A DNA stretch of 64,000 nucleotides from Eledone cirrhosa. Lineage: Eukaryota. Within the stretch, counting starts at the first letter, position 1; every line of letters starts with the position of its first letter. A model generated the notes under the pieces. The model did not search any database. It was not told the DNA's origin and saw only the letters and a program-made list of their open reading frames with translations. The stretch lies in NCBI GenBank assembly GCA_964016885.1, contig OZ024741.1:219976001-220040000 (forward strand), in the 5' to 3' direction. A program made the translations under genes and the position numbers. Of the stretch, positions 28,991-42,256 are shown piece after piece.

Positions 28991-31195
28991 TAGAAGATAT
29001 TAGAAATAATATTGAATCGTTTTAGATGAGAGGGAAACTTGTGTGTGTGTATATGGGTGTGTGTGGATGTGTGTGGATGTGTGTGTGGATGTGTGTGTGT
29101 GTGGATGTGTGGATGTGTGTGTGTGTGTATGTGGGTGGATGAGAGGGAGACTTGTGTGTGAGGGGAGGATGGGGGGAGGCTTGTGGTGGAGGGGTGAGAG
29201 GGAGGCTTGTGTGTGTGTTTGTATGTATGTGTATGTATATATATATGTATGTGTTTTCTGTGATATGTTTATTTGTATATATGTATGTTTGTATGTATAT
29301 ATATATGTGTGTCTTAGTATGTATGTATGTGTGTACATACATACATACATACACATGTATCGCACGGTTAAACCACTGGGAGTGAAGGACCTCTAGCCTT
29401 TGTCAGGGTATTCTTCTAGGAGAAGGTAACTCAGGAAACTGGGATAACTCCGATATAAAACCTGCGGTTCAGTAGTTACCGATGATGTTGATCTTTTCTT
29501 CTTTTCGGGTTATAGCTACTGTCGCTCAGAGAGTGGGATTGGCTCAGTCTTTCCTCACTTTAAAAAAATATCTTCACGCACAGGCATTGCACGATAGAAT
29601 TAATTAATAATTATTAATAACTAGCAGAAAAAACCACCCTTCGGGTGGTTTTCTGCTAGCGTGTGTAGTGTGTATATTGATATTATACACAAATATATAT
29701 GCATGTAAATAAAATCGTAATTGACAATATAAACTGTCATCTGTAATCACTAACGTAATCCATGATACATTTAAAAAAATACGATATTATATATAAACAG
29801 CATTATGAGAAAATTAGCCACGGAAATATATGCGATTATAAGTGTTATAATATAACGGCCGCTAACCGGAAGTGTTGACATTTGACAATTTTAAAGAAGT
29901 GAATCTTTAAATAAGCTATAAAATATAATCAACAGCCACGAAATTTAGTAGAAACATTATGTAATATTCATTAATTATTTATTCAAAGTAATCCAACTTA
30001 TTTTACAAACGGGGTAAAAAAATATATTCTGGATGCAGTGCTGCACTCCTTAATGTATTATAGTTAAGATGGTATATCGTGCAATGGCCATGCTCGATAA
30101 CGAGGGGGCAGCCATCATGTATGTATGTATGTATGTGTGTATATATGTGTGCGTGTTTTCTGTGACTATGTGCGTTTGTATCTATGTATGTATGTATATA
30201 TATATGTCATGTCACCAGTTGGTGCTACTGGTAACATGTATCCCAGGAAAACCTGTCTCATGGTCGGGTCGTTGGCGACTAAACTGGCAACCCCACCAAG
30301 GTTTCTTGGTGAGGAGGGTGACTTTGAACATCCTGCAGGACTAAAAACAAAACCTGTCAAAGGGCAAAGGAGCTCTTAAGAGTCAATGGCCATCCAAAAT
30401 CACCGGGAGAGATGGCCCCTTAGCCTTTGTCAAGGCAGAATTCTAGGAGAAGGAAAACTCTGATATAACACCTGCAACCCTGATGGTATCCAATGATGTT
30501 GACTTGTTCTTCTTTTTGGTAAATATCATCTTGGTTAAGAGAGTGGGACTGGCTTTGTGCAGTGCCTTTGCTCACTATAAAAGCTTCACGGCACAGGCAT
30601 TGCTTTATATTTGGAGATCTCTCTGCACTTGTCGTCACATGGTACCATGGGCCCAGCACTATGTGTCAATAATTGTCACAAGTGTAGTGTTTGTACCAGA
30701 GTTTTCAAGTCGCTGGCTGGACTAAAAAGTCACACTCGTTCAGCGCATCGGTAGGGGTTCTCCTATATGGATATAAAGTAGTGGCCGTACTCGAAAACGA
30801 GTTGGCAGCCACCATGTATGTATATATGTGTGTTTTCTGTGACTATGTTTGTATGTATGTATGTGTGTATGTATATATGTGTGCGTTTTGTATGATATGT
30901 GTATTTCTATGTATGTATGTGTGTGTTTTCTGTGACTATGTGTGTTTGTATGTATGCATATATCTGTGTGTATGTATATATGTGTGTTTGTATGTATGTG
31001 AGAGTCTCACCGACATTTCAAGAGGTGTCAGTAACAAAAGATTTGGTGATATAGTCAAAGAGATTACATCGTTGGTAGTTGAGAATAGTTAGGTTTATTG
31101 TATTGTAGAGTAGATTAGTTACTAATGTCAGCTGTATATGTGACACTAACTGTCGTTTGAAGGTGTGAAGCTATGAAGCGTTGAATACACACATA

Positions 31196-31255
<60 letters not shown>

Positions 31256-31847
31256 TCCATACTTTCACATACACACATACTCACACACATATACACATGC
31301 ATATATATATACACATACACATATACATGCACTCACACCCACCCACTTTTTACTATACACGCATCCACACTATATACACACAAACACGCACACGCACACA
31401 TATACACACGCACATACACACACATACACATATATATATACACACAAACACACACGCACACACACATACACACATACACACACATACACACATACACACA
31501 CACATACACATATACACAGACGTCCACATATGCACACACATACACACACATATATATACACACAAACACATACATGTAACAGCAGAAAAATTCTTTCTTT
31601 CATCATGTGGTGTTTGAGAGGCAGACAAACACACACAGACATAAACACAGACGCACACACACACACACACATATATACATGCACAAACACACACATGTAA
31701 AAGCAGAAGAATTCGTGTGGTGTCTGAGAGGAAACAAGTGGCATCGGTTAATACATGTTGATTCCCTACATTAAACATCTGCTAAGATAAACACAATATC
31801 AACATGTAGCAATCGCCTTTTCTTTTCTCATTTCATACATGACATGT

Positions 31848-32637
31848 GTGTGAAGGCACATGGCTTATTGGTTAGAGCATGGGGCTTGCAATCCTGTGGA
31901 TGTGAGTTCGGGTCTCGGACCGTGTGATGTGTTGTGCAAATCCCTTTATTTTACATTGCTCCAGTTCACTCAGCTGTAGAAATGAGTTGCGAAGTCATTG
32001 GTGTCAAGCTGTATCGGCCATTCCTTTTCCCTTGGACAACATCATATATGATGTATATATATATATATATATTTCGTTTCTGAATTTGTTTAGCAAGATT
32101 CTTTATCTGAAATCGTGTGTTGAAACCGATATTGTTATACTTTGGGAGGGTCGTGTGTTTCTTATTGGCAACATGACCCTCCCAAAGTATAACAATATAT
32201 ATATATTATTATTATTATAAAATCAGTGAGTGTGTTCTGTTATTATTTCAGGCAATATTATAACGATATAACCCTCCCCAAGTATAATATATATATATAA
32301 AAGATCGGAGGCCATATTCAGTTAGTTCAGGTTTATTTAAAACTCCGTTATACATTTTTCCCTGAGGACTATCAGTTTAGATAGCCTGAACTCTTCAGAC
32401 GGCAAAACCTAAAATAAACATTGAAAGTTTCTAATAAACCTTTAAATTTGGAAAAATCCAATAATTTCCCCGAGAAAGATTTTCTTTTCGTGATACAGGG
32501 GCCGACCGAACGCGTGGTGTTGTTTCTTTGACGGCTGGCCCCTGGATCTTTTTATCTTATTATCTTTTGATCTGCTTCACAACCGACAGACCATAATGAG
32601 ATCAGCACATCACTCATCACTGTTCTGTCAACCCCAT

Positions 32638-32706
<69 letters not shown>

Positions 32707-32930
32707 CATATATATATACATACATATATATTTTGTGACGTCATTGGTACCAAGCCTTATTGGCCATTGACTTTCCTTTGGACAACATCGGTGGAATGGG
32801 AGGGGGAGACTGGTATGTATGGGTGACAACTGTTCGTCCACAAACAAATTTGCCCGGTTTTGTGCCTCAAAGGGGAACTTTCTAGGTGCTAAACCCATGG
32901 TTATTCATGACAGAAGGGGCTCTTTACTAT
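31848..32930 (+). mobile_element. Second tRNA-derived SINE family, interrupted by (TA)n and two pLTR inserts
   Basis: tRNA-like head TGGCTTATTGGTTAGAGC..GAGTTCG and CCAGTTCACTCAGCTGTAGAAATGAGT domain. The body resumes at ~32735 with overlap. Confidence 0.55.
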
Positions 32931-33432
32931 TTATCCTTTTAAATGAATAACTTAGATAACCCTGTTGAAGAAAATTACATGGAAAGATGCTCAAACGTTT
33001 GATAAATCATGAGGTCATTCCTTTGATATTTAATTTTGAGTAAAAGGACGATTTAATTTCTTTGCAATTCGGATTAGGTGTAAACGTAATTAAGAAGAAT
33101 GTATAAGTGGTTTTAGGTGTATATATGTGTAGATATACTTTAGTTGTTGAAGTGACGCCCGAACAAGTATCCTCCTTTACCACCAACTTGATGGCTGGTT
33201 TTCTCTTGTGCCTGACGATACACGTGGATTTTGCTTCGCTTCTTGGCCATCCACATACATTCTCATCTACATTCTCTCCTGTCATTTGTACCTGTCTCAA
33301 GGAATTGTTTCTAGGTTATGTCTCCACCGCTTTAATCTATCTCAACAAAGCAGTCAATTACATATTGTTAAAAGAGATTTCTCAATTTACGAATTATATT
33401 GAAATCTGGTGCAGGACACATATACAAACTGC

Positions 33433-33830
33433 ATTGGTACGTCGCAATACGAAGGCTACAGGCCACAGGTAAGAAGTGTATCGGTACGTCGCAATACGAA
33501 GGCTACAGGCCACAGGTAAGAAGTGTATCGGTACGTCGCAATACGAAGACTACAGGCCACAGGTAAGAAGTGTATCGGTACGTCGCAATACGAAGACTAC
33601 AGGCCACAGGTAAGAAGTGTATCGGTACGTCGCAATACGAAGGCTACAGGCCACAGGTAAGAAGTGTATCGGTACGTCGCAATACGAAGACTACATGCCA
33701 CAGGTAAGAAGTGTATCGGTACGTCGCAATACGAAGACTACATGCCACAGGTAAGAAGTGTATCGGTACGTCGCAATACGAAGGCTACAGGCCACAAGTA
33801 ATAACTGTATCGGTACACTGCAATATGAAG
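33433..33830. repeat. 47-bp minisatellite, ~8.5 copies
   Basis: TCGGTACGTCGCAATACGAAGGCTACAGGCCACAGGTAAGAAGTGTA, no spacers. Confidence 0.95.
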
Positions 33831-34397
33831 GCGGCAATTTGGTAGAATCTTCAGAGCGGCGGATTTAAAGATCCTTCAATATTTTTTCTGGTTAACTCTG
33901 AGTTCAAATCCCATCAAAATCAGCTTTGATTTTCATCATTTTGAGGTCGATAACTAAGGTATCAAGCCAGTACTATAGTCAATTCTCTCTCTCTCTCTCT
34001 TTCGTTCTTTCTTTCTCTCTCATTTTCTCTCTATCTCTCTACCTTTATATCTCTATCACTCTATCTTTATATCTCTATTTTATCTCCTTTTCTCACTCGC
34101 TCTCCCTCTCACTCCCTCTCTGTCTCTCTTTTTCCCCACTTCTCTGGAAAAAATTGGCTATGTTCCAACAAGGACAGGAATGGACTCTGCCAGGATTAGA
34201 ATACCCAAGACACGCCTTGTTTTAATACGGCACCCCTACAGTTCCATTACGAGATAAGGGCCCATAGCCTAATGTAACGCTTACTAAAAGAAAACATAAT
34301 TATGTAATAAATAACATCGTAACTTCAATGTTTTTCATTTTTGTGTTGCATGTTACCTCCAACTTTATAGACAACTACATTTATTGTATGCTACCTC

Positions 34398-34800
34398 CGG
34401 CCGGTGGGGCTGGACCGAGGGGATGGCAAAAGGCCAGACGGTATGACCATCTTCCCGCTCCGCGGTGGCAAACCCCTCGTCTGGGATGTCACTTGCAACA
34501 ACACTTTCTCTAGTTGCAACCTGGTGCAGTCTGCGACTAACCCAGGTTCTGCTGCACGTCGGGCTGGGGAGGGTAAACTCTCCAAGTACCGGTCGCTCTC
34601 CGACAGGTGCGGGTCGTGTCCTTGGCCCTAGAGCTACCTCCCTACTAACCACCATAGGCGCTGAGCTGGCCAGCCGCAGGTGTGAGCCTCGCGAGTTGGC
34701 ATGGCTCTTCCAACGCATCTCCCTTACCATCCTCCGGGGAAACGCTCTCTCCATTCTGTCCGCCGGGGATATGGGGAGGCCAGCACGTGGGACCCCATTT
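34398..34800 (+). pseudogene. CRE-type non-LTR retrotransposon RLE domain fragment
   Basis: DGKRPDGMTIFP..GKPLVWDVTC..AARRAGEGKLSKY, then LGPRA..FQRISLTILRGNALSIL. Confidence 0.8.
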
Positions 34801-35459
34801 GTTCACCATACGGAGAGATGGGGAGGGCGAGAGAGATGGAGGCTATTACAGTGGGAATTCGGCTGTTCTTTCATGTTTACTTAGGTTACTATTTTCTATC
34901 AGTGGTTGTTCTACTATCTCCAACTATATAGACAACTTCATTCGTTGTATGCTACCTCCAACTGTATGTTACCCCCATCTTTATAGACAACTACATTCAG
35001 GCTTTATAGACAACTACATGCCTTAATCAAGTTCAGTATTATCATTTCTCTTTTTATCGCATTTTAAGGCCAAATTGTTGCTTCTTTATTCATCTTAATA
35101 CAAATTTATTCCATTTTCCTTCGAAGAATTTAACAGCAACTTTATATCTCTAGCCCATGTACAGAAGCAAGACAATATACGCTGTCTTACAATCTAAATA
35201 TCTTGACTGAGTCTGTTCACTGTCTAATACAGTGTATTTTAAAAGAAAACCTGAGTAAAATTTCCTTACTAGATTTCAAAAGAAATATGTATGTAGTCAT
35301 AACTCTTGATTGAGTCGTAGGTGCGCCAGAGTAGCATATGGTGTTTCGTGGGCAATTTTTGGAACCTGGTAGAGCCCATATCCACTCCAAGTATAAACAA
35401 AGCAGATTTCTTCTAGAGAGGGATAGAGAGAGTGAGAGAATAAAAGTGATTAGGAGATA

Positions 35460-36480
35460 TAGAGGAAGAATCGACTCCAGTACTTGAGTGGTAATTTTTT
35501 ATCGACCTCGAATGGTTAAAACGAAAAATTGACCTCGGTGGGATTTGAACTCAGAAAGCAGAGAGCCGAAACGAATACCACAAACCATTCTATCTGACGT
35601 TCTAACGACTCTGCAAATTCCTAACCCTATAGAGTCTGACCAGATATTAAATTATATCATTATTAACTTTGCCTTTCATCCTTACGGGGTCGATAAAATA
35701 AAGTACCAGTAATACACTGAATAATTGCTGGCCTTGTGCCAAAAGTAGAAACAATTATTAAGTCTAAGGGCGGTGAATTGGTAGTATCGGTAGAGGGTCG
35801 GACATGCTTTCCAGCATAGTTACGCCCCTTTACGATCTGAGTTCAAATCCTGCCGAAGTTAACTTTGCCTTTCATCCTTACGGGGTCGATAAAAAAAAGT
35901 ACCAGTAATGTACTGGATAATTGCTGGCCTTGTGCCAAAAGTAGAAACAATTATTAAGTCTAACAACATGGGGTCGATTGACAGAATCGGTAGAGCCTCG
36001 GACAAAATGCTTTGAAGTATTTAGTTACGGCCCTTTATGTTCTCCGTTTAAATCCCGCCGAGGTTAGACTTGCTTTTCATCCTTATGGAATCGATAAAAT
36101 AAAGTACCAGTAACGCACTGGGGTCTATTTAATCGACTATCCCCTTCCATTTAAATTGCTGGCCTTGTGCCTATATCAGAAACCATGATTAAGTGAGAGA
36201 CAAAGTGATAGATGAATTAAGAAAGAGCTATAAAGGAAGAATCGACCCGAGTACTAGACTGGTACTTTTTTTACCGATCTCGATAGGTTGAAAGGTTAAG
36301 ATGACCTAAGTGACCTTATTCTAGTGGCCGTAACTAAATACATCAAAGCATGTTGTCCGACGCTCTACCGATTCTGTCAATCCACCCCATGTTTTAGACT
36401 TAATAATTGTTTCTAGTTTTGGCACAAGGCCAGCAATTACCCAGTGCATTACTGGTACTTCATTTTATCGACCCCGTAAG
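35460..36480. mobile_element. Cluster of at least six SINE copies in both orientations, three of them head-to-tail
   Basis: Minus copy ~35460-35620; plus copies ~35662-35760, 35768-35956 and 35970-36190; minus pieces at 36240-36480. Confidence 0.8.
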
Positions 36481-37164
36481 GAATTCCTGTGTAATTTCAA
36501 TGTTGAACAGCAGCTTAGGATCGTTGTGTCCTGTACATCCTAAAGGGGCCATGCGCATAGCCATATTGTTATTTCTGATTCTGTGAAAAAAACATAAAAT
36601 AAAACGTTTTATTTCTTTTGGTAATGAAGTACCAGTCACGCACTGGGGTTGATCTAATCAACTTTACACTTCGCTCATATTTTCTGGCCTTGTACCTAAA
36701 TTAGAAATCAATATAACTTTAGAACAACAGAGCTATGATTGTGTTCTTTTCAAAAACTGTAGAACATTTCAAAAACTGTAAAGAAATAGTGATCTTCTTT
36801 TATGTTAAGACATCGTGAAGAAGGTATTTAACGTTAAGATATCTGTCGGTTTCCTAGCAAACCCTTCTTGATGTGTCACTTCTATTCTTTAATCGGTCAT
36901 CAGCCATACAGTTTCTCTTAGCTGCAGGCTGTTTTATTCTGCTTACCATATTTTTTTCTAATCACGTTTTATTTCTACGGTTTCTGTTAGCTGCTTAGAA
37001 AGTATTTCATTTAATCGAATGTCAGTTAGAAGGCTTCTATTAGTTACTGTAGGAGAATGGGCTTTCGTGTTTGTCAATCTCATTTACACAGTGGCGTCGT
37101 TTCTTTACGCATTCCTATACTCCTTTCTGATTTGTTAGCATTACAATAATTTCTATTTGTTTAA

Positions 37165-37578
37165 TATTGAATTACGGATAATAGGAGCCACAAAAGAAGT
37201 ATTTGGTGTAACGTTGCCTGATAGAGTGTGTAGCTCTGAAATAAGAGGAGAGTCACTCAAAGTAGAGCCGCTACTTCTCCAAATTGGTGGATCACAGCTC
37301 CTATATTACGAACATGAGGTTAGAATGTTTCAGAAAAGAATCGCTGGACAGATTTGACGGGCAAAACCAGCTGGGAAGAGACCCGGGAGGAAACCCCGAG
37401 CAAGGTGGTTGGATAACATCCATCAGCTCGGTTAGTTTCGCTTGGGGATCCAACCAGATTTATTAGAAACGGTTGCTTGTGACAGGACCCGCTGGAAGAC
37501 CTGCTAAAGAACTCTGCCTCCACGAACCTCCCAGAAATAGGTGGGCGAAGAAGAATAATAATAATAAGAAGAAGAAGG
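37165..37578 (+). pseudogene. 3' end of an RTE-type LINE with (AAT/AAG)n tail
   Basis: LRIIG..DRVCSSEIR..LKVEPLLLQI..SQL..RM and GKRPGRKPRARW-like residues, followed by a trinucleotide tail. Confidence 0.65.
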
Positions 37579-38199
37579 AACCACAAACTCTTTCTCGTAT
37601 ACATACAAAAAGTAACGTAATGCAAATTGAATTACAAATCCCCTCCTTCCGTAAAACATTTTAACAAAGCATTTAAACATACATTCAACGAATCTTATAT
37701 TCTATGAATCTCATTCTATGAATCTCATATTCTACGAATCTTATATTCTATGAATCTCACATTCTACGAATCATATAATCTGTGATTCTTATATTCTATG
37801 AATCTAATATTCTACGAATCATATAATCTATGACTCTTATATTCTATGAATCTTATATAAAAAATAAATATTTCTATTATTTATTATCTTAAAACTAAGT
37901 AACTTAGAAGAATTTATGACTAGATTAACTTTGTCTTTTATCCTTTTGGGATCGATAGCTAAAGTACCAATCGAAGACAGTGAATTGCTGGAAGTGTAAG
38001 AAGGTCAGCAGAGATGCTTTGCTATATTTATTTCTGACTCATGCATTCTGAGTTCAAATCCCGCTAAGGCCTACTTGGGTAGCTTCTATTCTGTCTCTCG
38101 TTTTACCACAACATAGCACGTGTTAACAGCACCTATCCCTCAGGTATACTTGGGTAATGTAACCCACCATTGGGTAAGACAGCCTATTACTGGGTAATA

Positions 38200-38525
38200 T
38201 CTTATATATCTGTGAAAAAACAGATATACCCTGGTAACACCACATAGACCATGGTAAAAAACAAAGCCCTGGTAACAGCACATAGTCCCTGGTAATACTA
38301 CTTAGTCCCTGGTAACAGAATATAGACACTGGTAGCATCACCCTGACCTTGATAACAGTATATAATCCCTGGTAACTCCACATAATACCTCGTAATAGCA
38401 CATAGACCTGGTGACTCCACTCAGGCCCTGGTAAAACCACATCGTCTTTGCTAACAATACAAACACTGCTAACAACACATATACTCAGTTAACAGCATAT
38501 AAACTCTGGTAACAACTTATAGACC
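38200..38525. repeat. Degenerate ~22-bp tandem repeat (CCCTGGTAACA core)
   Basis: Recurrent CTGGTAAC/CTGGTAAT. A separate degenerate ATTCTATGAATC repeat lies at 37690-37855. Confidence 0.7.
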
Positions 38526-39084
38526 ATATGCAACTTTTACAGAGTCCACCCCACCGCAAGAATTTTGAACAGGTCTTGAGGATATCTCTCATCCTACTTC
38601 TCACTGCCTCCACTGACTAAACAATTAAAAGGAATTTTTAAAAAATGAAACTCCGTCGAATATTGGTGTATTATGATTTTTCTTTTAAATCGATCGACAT
38701 GATCCCAAACTTCATTCGCTAAGCGAGTGGGGTGGAGCTCGTCAAGTCGAACCAAGGAAACAATGTTTCCATTGGTCTTTTCGTTGCTGATACTATCTAC
38801 TAGTTGAAATAATGTGTGTTGCTCAAGGACATAAAACATCGCCCGATCCGCAACCGAGCTGAGTAGAGCTCGTCAAATCGGAGCGACCAATGTTTCCATT
38901 GGTCTTCCCATTGCTCATTCTCTCTACCGGTGGCAACTCATAGCAGAAGGAGAAATGTGAAATAAAGTGTCTTGCTTAAGGACACAACGCAGCGCCCGAT
39001 CAGGGAATCGAATTCGCAAGGTCACGATTGCAAATTCAACTCTCTATCCACTAAGCCACTCACCTTATAAAACCTGTTATAAAT

Positions 39085-39265
39085 AATTATTTCTACTTTT
39101 GGCACAAGGCCAGCAATTATCACAGTACATTACTGGTACTTTATTTTATCGACCCCGTAAGGATGAAAGGCAAAGTTAACCTCGGCGGGATTTGAACTCA
39201 GACCATAAGGGGCCGTAACTCTTTGCTGCAAAGCATAGCGTCCGACCCTCTACCGATACTGCCAA
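39085..39265 (-). mobile_element. tRNA-derived SINE
   Basis: Same family as 5518-5732. An adjacent older SINE head lies at ~38960-39062 (-). Confidence 0.85.
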
Positions 39266-40005
39266 TATAAATAATGAAACATTGGTTGTGTTCTTACCCT
39301 GCTTTTGACTTCGGTATTACAGACTTCTGGAATGAGGTAAGATTCAAAGCAATAATAATCTTGTTTTGTTTCTGTATACTTGAAGAGAAGAGATCGTCTT
39401 TCATGTCTATTTTCATTTATTATGACTTTTGTCATGTTATGTTTAATTTACGGAACTAAAATCAATAATAGGCAAAGTTGACTTTAGTGAGCTTTGATCT
39501 CAGAGCACAGAGAGTCGGAACAAATTCAGCGTAATAACGACCCAGCCAACATGTAGCTTCTCACTTCACTTTCTGTCATATACTTACCCTTCATAGCTAA
39601 TACGTTGGCATTTGTTTCTATCTTTTGTTCCCAGTTGCGGCACATTGGTTTGTAGCAAATTTTATTTATTTGTATATAATCGATAAACCAATAGACTTGT
39701 CTTGTGTCCATGTGCAATGGAATTAGTGGTAACGACTTTATAGTGCAAAACCAAGAAGATCTCCAGCGGTTAACTGAAGAGAAGGAACTTTACAGAGTTT
39801 CTTCCGTTCCTCCGTTGTTTTTGCAAACCGATGGGATTATATATATATATCCGCCAGTACCTTCAATGTTTCTTCTTTCTCATTTTTTCTTCTGATGAAG
39901 AACTAGCGTCCGAAACGTTAAGACCCTCTTCCTGCTATTTCAAGCGTAAAACCTAATATATTCCTTCCATATACTGTACCGATTGAGTTGTAATTTCTGT
40001 TTACC

Positions 40006-40155
<150 letters not shown>

Positions 40156-40199
40156 GTATATATATATATATATGTATGTATGTATATATATATAAGCAA

Positions 40200-40705
40200 A
40201 TAGTAGAAAGGAAAAGGTTATTTTCTTGTAGAAACTGTTGAAGAGATATTTTTGGTGAAATTTCAAAACATTAATTTATTAACAATATCGGTTTCACCAT
40301 TAAATGCCTTTTCAATTGCGGATATGCAGAATATTGTTAAGTTGCATATTTGTGCAAATAGTGAAAAATAATGATAATAACAAAAAAAAGGGGAAATATA
40401 TTATAGAGAGAGGGGAAGAAAAGTTAATTTTCACATACGTAGTCCTTCAGAGAAGAAAGTAATTTAGTCAGTCCATCCTTCTCTGCTAATGGCTTTCTTG
40501 TGACTGGAGAGGGAAGAAGTATTATTTTTCATTATTTTCCACTATTTGTACAAATATGCAACTTAACAATATTCTGCATATCCGCAATTGAAAATGCATT
40601 TAATGCTGAAACCGGTATTGTAAATAAATGAATGTTTTGAAATTTCACCACAATTTCTAGAGAAAAACTTTCTACAGAAAAAAATATTTTTCCTTTCTAC
40701 TATTT
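40200..40705. mobile_element. Fold-back pLTR insert with U3-A8 HHR variant
   Basis: Diverged arms centred ~40480. CAA-TTGAAAA(40588)-GCATT/AATGC-GAAAC-CG-GTA-TTG. Confidence 0.7.
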
Positions 40706-40786
40706 GTTTTTTATATATATATTTATATGTAAGTATGTATGTGTGTGTGTATATATATATATATATATACATATACATACATATAA

Positions 40787-40854
<68 letters not shown>

Positions 40855-40857
<3 letters not shown>

Positions 40858-41210
40858 AACGAGTAGGACCCCGACGGCTGAGCTCAAGCCGTTTCGACGG
40901 CTAATTAGCCGTCGAAATGGCTTGAGCTCAGCCGTCGGGGTCCTACTCGTTCCTATTACCTACTCTACTACCCTAAGTATTGAGTACTTTGGTGCGTTAT
41001 GGTCCACTTGGTTCCTTACCACATTTCCTTCGTTATATATATATATATAGGAAACTGTTTGACCCCGACGGCAGAGCTCAATAGCCGTCGAAACGGCTTG
41101 AGCTCTGCCGTCGAGGTCAACCATTTTCCTATTACTCACTCTACTACCCTAAGTATTGAGTACTCTGGTGCGTTATGGTCTATCTGGTTCGTTACCACAC
41201 CTCCTTCTCG

Positions 41211-41212
<2 letters not shown>
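40855..41212 (+). mobile_element. Two adjacent short GC-rich fold-back + tail inserts
   Basis: ~48-bp arms centred ~40904 and ~41082, each followed by a ~75-bp tail. Further copies at 50540-50678 (-) and 54951-55066. Confidence 0.8.
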
Positions 41213-41278
<66 letters not shown>

Positions 41279-41586
41279 TGGTAAACGGAATAGAAAATGC
41301 TGACAAATTGTTCACAGCTGAAAAATAGTTTAATTAGGAATAAAAGAGTATTAGTAATTGTATTGGTTAGTATTCAGTTGTGGTTTTAAGTTTTTACCGG
41401 TTGCGCATTTCTAAATGCTTCTCAAAAATAATTTTGAGATAGCGCGTCCGTATTGTTAGCTCTGATCTGATAGTTTTGGGAATTCTACCTGTTTTTATGT
41501 TAAAAAAGTGGCTCCAGCGCTACTTGGTGTTGCAAAAATTCTTGTGGTCAAAACAATTTTGATTGGTCGGTAGAGGTCATGTGAAT

Positions 41587-41644
<58 letters not shown>

Positions 41645-41819
41645 ATATGTAATATAAGGAACTGTTTCTTTGTTTTTATTCATTATTTTTATTAATTTAT
41701 CTTGACTCTGTTTTCCTGTGTTTTTCATCGAAAAAATTTTGAATACATCTCTTTTCATGATATTTGGATTACATTGAGTTCTTCATACGGACTGGACACT
41801 ACCGTACATTTTGGTAGAT

Positions 41820-41917
<98 letters not shown>

Positions 41918-42256
41918 CTCTCTCTATCAGACGTGTGTCACTTCGCGGAGAAGTTTCCGTTAATTTATGTAAGAAAAAAACGTGAGTTTTTAGTTAAATT
42001 TTATATCATTGTGTAACTTGACCACCCGTCTGGACCTTCAGGTGGTGGGTCAACTCATTTTCGCCCCTACAGGGGCGGAATATCTATTAAAAAAAATTTT
42101 CTCCATTGAATCTTGGAAAAAATATTGTAAAATTTTGATTACGTTATGAACGCTGCGCTGCGTCCAACGATAATGGTGGTGGAGAGGTGGTAAGACTACA
42201 AAGCTCGCAGTCAACAATGTTTTCTTCACTAGATACTATAGAGATGGAAAGACAAA

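Noticed and set aside
33433-33830. CRISPR-like regular array (also 23028-23809 and 27246-27856)
   Set aside because: Contiguous tandem units without unique spacers, no cas genes, eukaryotic context.
42010-42080. HDV-like ribozyme in the LINE 5' UTR
   Set aside because: Two hairpins are visible but the nested double pseudoknot could not be assigned by eye.
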